DNA of 58,819 nucleotides, the filler included, from Catajapyx aquilonaris (Eukaryota), in NCBI GenBank assembly GCA_000934665.2. It is 3 parts of 3 records of this genome, joined end to end, with 100 filler letters (N's around TTAATTAATTAA, not from the genome) between each part and the next. Parts side by side here need not be neighbours in the genome. Positions count along the whole stretch, not along the records: positions 1 to 19,604 come from JYFJ02006447.1; 2 more parts are not named here. The stretch is one strand, 5' to 3'. The position numbers were made by a program, and so were the translations under genes. Below are positions 1 to 11,900 of this stretch, in pieces; within the stretch, counting starts at the first letter, position 1; each line of letters begins with the position of its first letter. The notes under the pieces were generated by a model. That model was given only the letters and a program-made list of their open reading frames with translations. It ran no database searches and was not told the origin of the DNA.

Positions 1-234
1 ATGCTCTTAAAGGTTGTGACATCCGCATCCGTCAGATGGAGTAAGTTGCGAGTTGGCAGTTTTGCCAAGAGATGGCGCGGAAATGTCCGGTGTCGGACCT
101 GAGGGGAGGGTAGAGGTTGTATGTAGTCGTGAGACGGCCTCAGACGAGGTTAGCAACCCATGTATTATTACACCAGGACTCTGGATGACTGAAGGGTCAG
201 AAGAGATGACCAGACCTAAAAAGCTGTGGAAATT

Positions 235-365
235 AATTTCAAAATCCGAATCAACTTTCAAATTTGAATTTCAAAATTCGAATCAGCTTTCAAATTTGAA
301 TTTCAAAATTCGAATCAGCTTTCAAATTTAAATTTCAAAATTCGAATCAACTTTCAAATTTGAAT
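235..365. repeat. Tandem minisatellite, about 4 copies of a 32-bp unit (AATTTCAAAATTCGAATCAGCTTTCAAATTTG)
   Basis: Near-identical head-to-tail copies with no spacers, read directly from the sequence. Confidence 0.85.
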
Positions 366-1699
366 GTCAGTTGTTATTGAATTTCGCATTTATTTTAAGC
401 AACTCGCTGATGGTCGTAAAACTGGCAAAAGGTACTTCCTTGCAAACCGATTCTTCTGCGTGGGTGGGCCATTGCGACTCCTGTTCCAAAGCCTCCCCTC
501 GGGGGGGTTCAGGGCGCCATGTCCCTTTTGCCATTCTACAGCAGCGGCGGCCAGCAATTTAATAGGATTTAGGAAGCCCAGGCGTCCAGTAATCCTTCCC
601 AAGGACGTGTCATTAAAGAGGGTAGAAAAGACGGAGATAAATGATTGGAGGGACCGGCATGGGGATATCTTAGGGACGGCAGCTTAATCGGAAGAGAATG
701 GCCAGTGGTCCTCCTGTCCGTGTACATACACGTGTTGCATGCTTGGATGGACCTTTCGGGAGACTGAATTTAAGCAGATCAACTCCACTGTGGTATGTCT
801 AGGGACGGTTTATAAAGCGGACTATACTGTTTCAGAAAACGTTGCCACCGTTGAGTGGTAATCTTCAAAAATCCGCTCGACTGAAGGCAATTTCACTTTT
901 CTTCCCTTATATAATACTTTTTTTTCCCTTAGAAAATCTATTTTGATCGCCTTTGTCAGCGGACGAGATTCACTTACGCGGTTATATCGCACGACGTTTT
1001 TTCCCAGTTCGCGGTAGGCTTCAGAAAGCATTAAACACCGTAAGCTTTATGGAATTTTCAGGGTGTGAAAAGTGATAGAAGTCTGTCGACAGTCCATTGA
1101 CACTTTCACGCTGAAAACCTGGCATCATCGGGCTATCATTTGAAAGGAAATGGACAGGTACACTTCTTGTTGAAGTGTAATCTGGCTAATGCGACGAAAA
1201 ATGAAACAGGCTTAATTATTGCGGTTCTCCACCCTTCCTAGTTGGGCGTATAACATAGGCACGTTTACTCTGACACATAATGCAATTGCACTCCGTATTT
1301 ACTGAGCCCTTAGACGCTTTTCCCAAGATAAACAAGACTCTCCTCCACTTCTGATTAGCCAAGAGCCAACCAATGAATTCATGGTCCGGAGAGACGCAAA
1401 AGCGCCTTGAGGTACTATTCATCAAGGTACGAATATACACCACCTTTACAGATGGGAATTCTTTTAAAAAATTACTTCATTAGCTAATGCAAAAGAAATT
1501 ACAAAGAAAAATTCGCACGTGGGACCCTAGGCATAGCTGTTTTGGGATAGAAGAAAGCTTAAATTTAAATATTGCACTAGAAAGTTTATTGACTCCATTT
1601 GGTGCAAGCTGATTACAATAATGCTGTCTATTTCATCCCTGTGCTATTACAGCACAAACGTCGCAACTACACCTATTCCAAGTGAACCCCTGGGCACCT

Positions 1700-1835
1700 C
1701 AAGGGACACTCTTGCTATTTCCTCAAAAATAATATTATTTTTGAGAAGGTATAGCAAGAATGTCCCTTGTGGGATGGTGATGTCAACTTTTTTATTTTTT
1801 AAATAAATATTTTAAAATAAAAAAGTTGACATCAC
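1700..1835. repeat. Two adjacent imperfect palindromes (1700-1769 and 1777-1835)
   Basis: CAAGGGACACTCTTGCTAT...ATAGCAAGAATGTCCCTTG and GTGATGTCAACTTTTTTATTT...AAATAAAAAAGTTGACATCAC. Confidence 0.75.
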
Positions 1836-4800
1836 GCTCCTGGTATGCCCCAAGGTGCAAACTATTGTCTCAGAAGGCTTACAAATTAAAACTGAGAAGG
1901 CTCCTCCCACCACCCATCCACCAATCCCCTGGCTCTAACATTCCCTTTTGCTTCTAACCCTTACCAAATTTTATCAACTTAGTCGAGTGCAGAAAGGAGC
2001 GTAATTGAGATCCGCCCCGCGTCTCCAGGCCTGTCTCTGTGTATTCTTCTCGCTGAGCATTTCCATGAGAGAATCATTTAGGGGTGTCTTTTTCCCTCCC
2101 GAGCTTTTCACGCGAGTTTCTCAACTGAGAGAGGGGCGGGAGGGGGTTGAGGGATCAAAAGTAGAAGAGCTTTTGTGAGACCCCGGGGGCAGTTCGAGGG
2201 GGGTGAGCGCACCTTCCCGTGTTTGATTCCCCAAATTGAGGGGGGGGGGNGGGGCGAAAGGGCCCGGAAGGTGAAATTTGTAGAAAGGTTTTTAATAAAA
2301 TGCTCCAGGTGGCGCGAAGTAATAATTAATTGAAAACGGTGGCGTCGACCTGCTACAGTGACCTGAGGTTACACTGAAACAGGCGTCTTCCGTGTAAAGT
2401 TTAATCTAATATTTAAATATAATATATCAGTAATGTACAGCTAGTTGCTTGGAATCTGATGAAGTAAATATTAGTGCTTTCTACGACTCATACGAAGAAA
2501 AGTGGCTAAGTTCAACCAACCTGCATATGGGCCGTCACACTGAAGCAAAAGGAGCTTCGTGTTCAATTTCATACTTAAACAAAATATTATATGATAAATG
2601 TGACACTAATTACACAAAAACCGTACATTTGAAAAGCACAGCTAATTAAGTATCAAATGGTCAAATTGTAAGCAGAGGTTGTGTCCAATTGTCTTAGACT
2701 CGAGCCAATGGCTGACCATGAACCAATTTTTGATGATCCTTTAAAAAGGGTAAGGGCATCATAACCAGGCAGCCTGCTAGTGGTGGGGACTGGCAATTCA
2801 GCCATTCTCCAGATGCCTAGGAAGCTTGACGCGTCTTTGGTCCGCATTAAGACCTGGGCATGGGCGTTGTGGAATATTAACCCAAGCCCAGAGGCCTTCA
2901 CTCATCGGATTTTGGTACCCCGAGCAGGCTTCAGGGATAGCCCCAACTACACTGGAGAGGAAGGGCCCCTCCTAGTTCCCACTCCCCTGGTCTAAATCTT
3001 CCTGTCGAGGATTTACTCGACTCGGTTGAGGCCCAGCTTGGCATGGGCTGTGACTGGGATACTGCCAGCAAGCCCCCTCTGCTCAAAAGGGTGGTCACTG
3101 CATGTGAAGCTGTCCTACTGTACCCACCTTTTTGCAGTCAGAGGGTCAGAAGGGGCTTGGGAGAACCCAGGGGGAGTGGCAGCCACAGATGGTGCCACAG
3201 TCGCGTTGTAAGTTAAGCACATCCTAACTTCTAAAAAAATAGGTGTCCTAATTATTGCGACCTCTGTTGTTAAGCCATATACGGTAGGGTTTCAAAAGAG
3301 CATTTCTTTTGTACTGCACAGTACAGTATCCACCGATCTGATAGGTGGAGCAGAGGTCCCCCACCCTCTGCTCCACCAATCAGATCGCTTCGGGTGTCTG
3401 ATGTGTAGTGGAGGGGAAAATCCCTTTTTTGAGAAGTTATGCTGTGCAAGGGGTTACCTACTCACTTCGGTACTCCGGTGTACACCTGCAGTGGTACTCT
3501 TTGGTACTCTTCGGTCCTCTGGTACTCCTTGAATTTGGTACGCCGGTGTACACTTCACAGTCGATCCATTGATGCTGTGGGTACTATAGGAGGCTAGTTG
3601 AACATTTGGACTGAAAATTGTGAAAACAAGTCAAAAACCACCTCATATAAATTTTATAATTACATTAAATTTAAAATGATTGAATCATTATTTAAAATGA
3701 AACACTCATATCTGCAAACCATTCCATTGGGCTCTGCTCGCTTTGCAGTTCAGCTCTGAATATCGATCAGAGTCCATTGAAGCACAAATATTTCAAAACG
3801 GTCCAAACAGCCCCAAAACCCACCTCACATGACCTCTGGCCCACCTTCAACCTGCGAAAAAGGGCGGGTAATGCAAATTTTGGTCACAGGCCATCATTAA
3901 TCACGCTGTCAAAGGCCCTGGGCTGGCTGCGCATTTGACCCGTCACAGCATGAAACATAAATAAATCACCTTCCGGGGCTGGGTGTTGATGTTGGCTTCG
4001 ATCGGATTGATTGGACCGGTCGAGGTCTTTTCCTCTCTTTTTCTGTCCAATGAAAGCTGATGCCATGGCAACACTACCTTTTTGGAACTACGGGGTCAGC
4101 TTATTTTTTCCACTTCCTCTCCTCTAATTTCCTCTCTTTTTTACCCCCCAAAAAATCCACCAACTGCCCTTTTACACTGCCTGCGGGTTCCATTTTGAAT
4201 CATCCCTATTTGCATACCAGTGGGTGTCGATGGGCACGTACAACATGCTTTCAAAATGAATATAGCTCTCGATGTCAGAGCTCGTATATGCATAAAACCT
4301 GCTCCATTTTTTGGGGAGCGACTATTTACCACGGGTTTTATGTCAATCACACAATGCCTGGCTTTGTAGGAAACGCCTGCAATTATAAATGGCTCCTGGA
4401 ACCCGCGGCTTTAGCACACATTAGTAATTGCAGACAAAGCTGACAAAAGCGGTGTACCGCAAGCACCAATTACTGCCCGGTGCAAAATAAATACAGAAGT
4501 TGTTTCGGAGATGACTACCTTTTTTTGGCCAAATTGGTGAAATTTTGGTGACTAGACTCGCAGATCTCGCGAAAGTGTCAGCGTGAGCGAGAAGCAAATT
4601 CTCGCAAGCTTCTGAGGTTTCACCTTTACAGTGAATAATTCACTATGAATCTTGCAACCTTTCCCCTCGGATTTCTCCTGAATATAGTCGAAACGGAATA
4701 TTTCATCACTTGGCCTGTTTTTGGGAGCCATACAAAATCCCTTTAGGAAGGAACCTGGGGGTCCCACAGCGTTTCTTCCAACTTGTTTGCCGAAAAGGGG

Positions 4801-5392
4801 GGTCGAAATTCCTAACGAGAGGGGACACCAGGGAGGCCAATCTTTGCCCTCGACCTGAAGAGGCCCCTCTCCTGAAATTATACGATTGCAGTGCTAGCTG
4901 TGGCCGCATCGCTTTACGACACCTCTGGCACACCCTGCGAAAGGGCGGTGCAACCGGTTTTATTCGGACTGGGAGGTCCGAAGGGCGCACTATGCTTATA
5001 TTCGTCTTCCTAATGGTCCGGGAAAGGGTCCCTCAATGCCGGGCATTGACTTTTGGATGAGCGTTATTTTAGAAGGATTTTGTGAAGGATTTTTTTGTGT
5101 GTTCAAGATGGAGGTTTTACTGTTGTACCGCAGTGTGTATGAATTTTTGCAGTCTTAAGGTGCGTTTGCATGTGGGAGATTTGCATCTCCGGAGATGAAA
5201 TCCTAACGAAAGCAGTGATCAAATCTCCCACATGTAAACGCACCTTAGGAATTATTAGACTAGCCTCATGTCCGGCTGTCTCACGACTACATGCTTTCCA
5301 CGCCATCTCTTGGCAAAGCTGCCAACTTGCCAACACCATCTACTGGATGTCATAATGTCTCGTAATGTCCACTTCCAATCACTTTAGGATAA

Positions 5393-5702
5393 CCGAAGCA
5401 GGTTGGTGTAGTGGATATGGAGTCCGCCTGCTAATCGGGAGGTCCTGGGTTCGAATCCCGGGGCCGGCGACCCTGACCGTGGTTTTCTGTGGTTTTCCAC
5501 GGTCCTCCCAGGATAATTCCGGGGTAGTTTCCGTAAAAACAGGCCACAGCCGCTTCCTTCCGTCCCTATCCTATCCCAAAAAGCAAATAAAATGAAAGCA
5601 AAGAGTTCCAGTCAAAACAAAAATTTCCCCCCTAAAGAGCCGCCGGCTGATAACGGGGTATGAATTATTATTATATTATATATTATTATTATATATATTA
5701 TT
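5393..5702 (+). mobile_element. tRNA-derived SINE with 12-bp TSD
   Basis: Pol III A box TGGTGTAGTGG (5404-5414) and B box GGTTCGAATCCC (5448-5459). Central GGTTTTCTGTGGTTTTCC...GGCCACAGCCGCTTCCTTCC resembles the conserved core of arthropod SINEs such as termite Talua (from memory). TTA/TA-rich tail. TSD ACTTTAGGATAA at 5381-5392 and 5703-5714. Confidence 0.9.
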
Positions 5703-5764
5703 ACTTTAGGATAATAATCATATGGGAGTTGACCTCTTCTTGCCGGTTTCTCTTCTCCCGGTAG

Positions 5765-5917
5765 ACAAACTGAAGGCGGAGATTGCCATAAACGTTCACC
5801 TGGACACCCTGAAGCGAGTGGAGATCTTCCAAAACACAGAAGCGGGCTTCCTCTGCGAGCTGGTCCTCAGGCTAAGACCCGTTCTATTCTCGCCGGGGGA
5901 TTACATTTGCCGAAAAG
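5765..5917 (+). CDS. CG42260: CNG channel exon (C-linker / start of CNBD)
   Basis: gtag|ACAAACTG ... CGAAAAG|gtaggt; (D)[50 protein letters not shown]. Confidence 0.95.
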
Positions 5918-8900
5918 GTAGGTGTAAATCAGCCCATTATAGGGCTGGAAGTGAGCAGTTGGCCAATTTACAGGCTGGCCAATGGAAATTTTCCCATTTG
6001 GGTCTTTGGGAAGAATCGAGTATAGATTCTCTTCTTTTCACTTTGTGCAACCAGGGGCGTTCAAATCGGCGTCTGTGAACGGCAGGGTTAAAAACAAGTG
6101 TGCGAAAATTGCCTTGAAATTATTCTCAAAATAGGCCATTTTAGCCATTACCTTTTATGAAATTTCGTTTTATGTGGCCAACCAGTCACATTCATTATCT
6201 CAAAAACGCCAACCACAATAGCCCATATCCAGCCAGCTCCTGTTACATTTTAAACATCAAATTGGCTCATGTCATGCAAAGTGATAATAGACCAGCTGGC
6301 GTGGGCTAACACTGGGTAAATATGTCCATATGTATATTTCCAATTCTGCTCTGGTTGTTCGCTGGCTGAAAATACTTCGCAGTATTGTCACCGATTATTA
6401 TCCGTCTGTCATTGCTATAGTCAATAAAATCCGTGTCCCTAAGGCCCCCAGCCCGCCACGGACTGTCGTTCTGATTTAGTTGACAGCGACAGTTCGACAA
6501 CACCATGCAGTGTGTGAATCGCACGTTACACACATTTTTACTAGGCGCTAGGGAATAAAGCCTTTTTCAAGTCTAAGTTACAGCTTTCCTATAAAAAGCG
6601 CAATCTTTCATCTCAAACTCGGCGGCAAGAAACCTTTCCGGTATTGACCTGGTTGTAATGTAAAGTCCAGGGTTGGGACGCTCATAAATCTAAGGAGCTG
6701 AGAGATTGCCCGGGCTAATGGAGACCTTTTGCTGAGGTCTCCGGTGTTATTGCCCGTTTTACGACGAAGGCGGCAACACAACACTTGGTCGCTTCCCCCA
6801 TGCTCCCAACAACACTATCTTCCACCAACAGGTGAAGTTGGCAAGGAAATGTACATCGTGAACCGAGGCAGGCTCCAGGTGGTGGCTGACAATGGAAAGA
6901 CGGTGTTGGCAACACTCAAAGCCGGATCCTACTTCGGCGAGATCAGCATCCTCAACATGGGTACCGCAGGTACTGGATGGGATATGGGTACGCTTCGAAC
7001 CAACGAACAATCCTCCTACCCTTTCACTTTCTTAATTTATTTTCTCAATATCTATTTTCCTCCTACTTATTTATTTTTCCATCCACTCTACTAATATTTG
7101 CCGAGGCTGAACCTTTGCCATAAACATAAAGAAAAAAAGTTTCCTGTGCACACACACACCTCTTTTCCTAAGGTTGCACACGCAGATCTCCTATCCCAGT
7201 TGGCCTTTGTCTGGTAGGAAAAATGGTGGGCGCTATACAATTGCTGTGCATGGTCTTTTACTAGTACTGTTGTGGTTTTCTATCTGCATGATTGTTACGT
7301 CCGTATTGTCTAATTGTTGTCTTCCATATGCACTATGCATGCTCCACTGACACACGCTTATGATGCTCCCCCTACTGGCAGCAACAGCGCCTCTGTGTGA
7401 ACTCGCCATAAGTTGGTACATGTCAAAATGGCGTGAAAACCACCTCCCTCAGGGAGTTTTCACACTCGCACCGTCAGACAAGATCAAATCCGAGATTTTC
7501 CTTCCTCCAGGATAAAAACTCAACAGGTGAACAATACCTGACCATCACCGAACTCCTGCAAAATTCGATCTGAGTGTGGCCTGCCACGCTATGAACGCTC
7601 CTCATGCTGTAGAATTACCTCTATTTTGCTCGGATTAATCAAGACAACATGGCACGTGCCGTACCTATCCTAGTTTCTCACAAATCCGTCGATGTAGTAC
7701 CGGCTCAGAGCTCAGCATGCACCGGAGGCTAATCGGTACTCTGTCAGTCAAAAAACAAGGCATAACACTGGCAGCAAAAGAACGTGACGAGTACCCTCAA
7801 CAGTCCCATTGCCACTGGCCCTCTCAAAAAAAAAAAAAAAATTCGACCGTTGGCCAACGGCCCTAACGGTTCTCTCAAAGAGTGTGCAGATCCCAAACGT
7901 ACCTTTTCAAATGGCTTCCCCAAATACAGCTCATTTGGGCTGGAAAATGTTTTCAGAGTGACAGGAACACACGTCATGGGAATTCTACCCCATGATGCAG
8001 TCCTAGACAAATTTACTGACGGGGGTAAAAGGTGAGGAACTTTCAACCCGGTTCTAGTGTTTAAATAGTTTCCGCAGGAGTGTGGAGGACGCTCGAATAT
8101 TATTCCAGCTGAATTATGGCGCGAGTGCGAGAGAAACGCTGAAATTCTTGGTTATAAAAGGCATTAATGACCCTCGGGACTGGAGGCAAGTAAAGATTAA
8201 GTTCCGAGTATTAGAGCCCGGTTCTTTTTTTGGGGCTGGGTTTTTCTTCAATTAAGTTTTGGAGCGGATTTATGGCGCTTCTAAGTGCAATATGTCCGGA
8301 TCGCAAGCTAATAAGTGGCGCGGGGACTTAAATGTAGGCTTGTACGCTGAGCAATCACAGCAGTTGAGCACGTGATGTTTATTCTGCAGCTTATTGGCCG
8401 ACAGATGGCACCGCACTTTGACAAATTGGAAGTCGGCATCTAAGCCCAATATCGCGGTTTTCAATTATAACTTTTTAGTTACAGTAACTCGAAAATTGCA
8501 TTTTCTGCCAATTTTTTATACAGATTTTATACAGTTACCATTTTGAAAATTTGATAGATGACATCAGATCAGGGTCACGGTCCTGGTCCAAGAATACCCC
8601 TTAGCCTCGACTCAGACAGTCACACGACTCGCTACAAAGCCACCCAAGACACGCCACCTCCCAGCAAAACTCCAACTCGCAATCAACCCCATCTAGTGAA
8701 TGTTGTTACAGCACCACATACTTTCTTGACTCATCATAATTCATCACAGCACAAGTTAAAATTAGTGCAAATTTGCTCTCCATAATCCAATAAGGAAGCT
8801 CGTTTTATGACCACCTGTACAGAAGGTGGTTATTTTACAGCCGAATCCTTCCGGCAGCTGCTTGATAATGTCAATTTGCTGTTCATAACCACGAAAAAAA

Positions 8901-11900
8901 ACTGCAGTCTCTGATTAAACCGCATATGAGCTTATAGTTAGGAAACACGATATTTCACAATTTTACTGAAAATGAGCCGACGGCATAGATCGATCCTTTA
9001 AACAGAACCCGCCTACGTAGTTTAAACGGCCTATTTTGTTTGTTCAACTGGCATACAGTAATGAAACTTCCTACCACCCGTATATTATTGCTGTTGCCAT
9101 CAATTACTCTTTTTTTCGAAAAGTTTTTTCGTCTTCAAAAATAATTGTGATTTTTACTTTTCATACTACTATAGAGACAACTAACCAGGACAACAATGCA
9201 CCGAGTAATCCCTTCTCCTTCTCACCCTAGGTCACACCGCCCGTACTAATAATACGCGCCCTGGTGATGAAGAGAAAGGCGTAGCACATAAAAACGCCAA
9301 TTAATCCGGAGCCCGGATTGGAACAAACGAGCAAGGCACACAATGCCTCTCAACCCTCCGTAGTATACATGTGCCTATCCCCACCGGCGCCCCAAAATTT
9401 CTGGAAATTGCACCGATTTTACCCATGCCCAGGTTAATGCCCGGTTCTGAAACTTTTCCCCCGGAAATTACCAAGCAGAAAAAAAAGCAATATATGTATA
9501 CGGGTAGAAGCAATATTCTTGCAAAAATCTAGCCTCCGTTTTGGAAACCACCGCGACTCGTATGCAAATTGACAATTTTTGTTATAAGAATATTATGCTA
9601 ATTGACATTTGTTGTTCTAGGAATAGATAGATCATGTAGAGTCAAAAACATGTCAGTCTGAATTTATGGGTAGACTCTGAGTGCAGTCGAATTCTCGATA
9701 AAATGGGTGGCCTCCTGAGATGCGGTTCACCCTCGACGCTTGACTTGCGATATGAAATTAGCTCGAGACGATAACGAGCGCAATTACACACTGTCCAAAA
9801 GTAGGAAGCAGCCGGTATCATTACGTGGGAGCCAATTCCGCTAAAAGTGGCATCGCTGCTGGCAAACTAAGGAAATGGGGTAATAATACGGTTATAATGC
9901 TCCGTGGCCTCTCTCAGGCTTTCCTCTTTTACCCGTCACTTTAAAAGCCTGGTTTGATGTTATTAATCCTTCACTTTAGAGGGAATCACTGAATCACTAT
10001 GTACAGGATGCTACAAAAATATGATTGTGTTGATAAGAGCGTCCATTTGGCTCAAAATAATATTTAAATCGATATATCGAAACAATCCATGCCTTGTGTA
10101 CCGATATATCAAAAATCCATGCATTGTGTATCGATATATCGAAATAATCCACATTACGTATCGATATACCGATTCAAATATTTTCCTCCACTTTGATCGA
10201 TTTAATAAAATGTTTAATAAATTATAAAAATATCATAACATAATAATTGTTTAAAATGATTCTGGCAATTACTAAAATATCTCAGAATGCAAAACTGCCA
10301 AAATTGCAACAAATATTGACAGCTCATCATTATAGTGCAGTAGTACGGTACATATTACATCATTTATCAGTCATTTTCCAACATGGCATCAAAAATTGAG
10401 CTACCACTTTTTGTTGGGTGCATGTCACACATAAATGTTGCATAAAAACCGGGTGCGTAAAGGCATTGTGCAATTAATTAGTTGGCAGTGTAGATTCTGA
10501 CAGTCCCATTTTGTTCCAGCCCCATGGGATGGGAAGTTTCATTATATGCAAATTCTATAGATGCATTCATTCCGTGTGTTGCAGATGTTGAATTCCTGTT
10601 CATAGCCGTTCATATTGGGGGAGCCCATGTGCTTAGAGCGTGCATTTAAATAGGTTTTGGTTTCATTTCGCTTCTCAAAGACTGTCCGAGTGTACCCCAG
10701 AACTGGTTTCGACCGTCTGGAGGGCTTACATGTTGTAAATGATGCGTAGAAGCAAGCAGTAAAATAGGATGCATATTAACGTAACTGTGCTACAGTATTC
10801 CATGTAATAAGAGTCGCCAATTATAAAGCTATAATACCCACAATTGAATGTCATCATAAATTCCCAGTAGTTGACTGTACGAGTATCACTTCGGACATGG
10901 CCACTTGACCACAAATCCAAAGAAATTAGCATGGACACAGAGCCATGTTGCCAGAATCAGGGTCGTAGTCCTCTTTCAGAATCAGTTACCATCACTGGCA
11001 GGCAGAACAAATCCACGCAACTTCTCCAAACAAAAGTTTAATCGAATTCGGTCTTCCAGGCAAAATCCGATTTAACTCGCCCTTTAGTACAAGGTAGGGA
11101 CCTGCTATGTACATAAAGTCCAAGTCCAGGTTCTCCCGATTGGAACTGGCCAACCGGGAAATGCACTTCTTCCTACCACCCCAAAAAACAGCAAAATGGG
11201 ACTCCCTTGCAGTGTAAATCCTTGCCATAGTTAAAAGAACCCCGTTTCATCCTCAAGTCAAGACGGGGCAATAACCACGTCCATCAAAATTAATCCCCAC
11301 CGATCCAGGCATGAAAATTCCACCATGGCGTTGATTACTCCCTGACTATGGCCTTGTTTTCCGCCATTCATTAATCTTATGGGGAGGAATTTATCGGGTC
11401 GAGTAGTTGGAGCGTTTTCCTAAAGAATTCGAACAGCGCTTAAAATGCACATGCTAAAAACAAGGAGCGTCAGCAAGGGTGGGGAGAGGAGGAAGAGGAA
11501 GAGGGAAGGAGATTTTCCACCCTTCCCCTCGTGAAACCTCGTTGACAGATATGGGGAAATTCTTCTGCCCAGGGAGCTTCTACATCAGGGCTCAACTGGA
11601 ATTTTGACATTAGTGTGACTGCATGCATGTAGTGTTTATACCCCTCCGGAGACTGACGCCTTGTGAATTTCACGGACACGTGGCCAGGAATCCGCATTGC
11701 ATCGTTTTGAAAAAAGAAAAAAAAAGTCTGATGGTAGGCAGGGGTTTCAAAACGTCAATTGATAATACGGGAGTATGCAACAAATTCAAACAGCATACGC
11801 CATCTATTGATAAAATAACAGTGTTAGGTCATCACTGTTGCATACGCCCACTTTCAAAATGTAGGGGGAAAAAATAAATTTGAGTTGACACTCATAAAGG

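Noticed and set aside
235..365. 32-bp repeats as a CRISPR array
   Set aside because: Units abut with no unique spacers, no cas genes are present, and the context is eukaryotic.
364..3211. ORFs in the first 3.2 kb as upstream CNG exons or genes
   Set aside because: No pore, S6 or C-linker sequence is recognisable and no domain was identified; probably decayed repeats in a long intron.
5393..5475. tRNA gene
   Set aside because: The A/B boxes continue into a SINE body, tail and TSD; no convincing acceptor stem or Pol III terminator.
10070..10170. Cluster of TATCGATA (DRE) promoter elements
   Set aside because: They lie in an intronic tandem repeat of about 30 bp, typical of transposon subterminal repeats.
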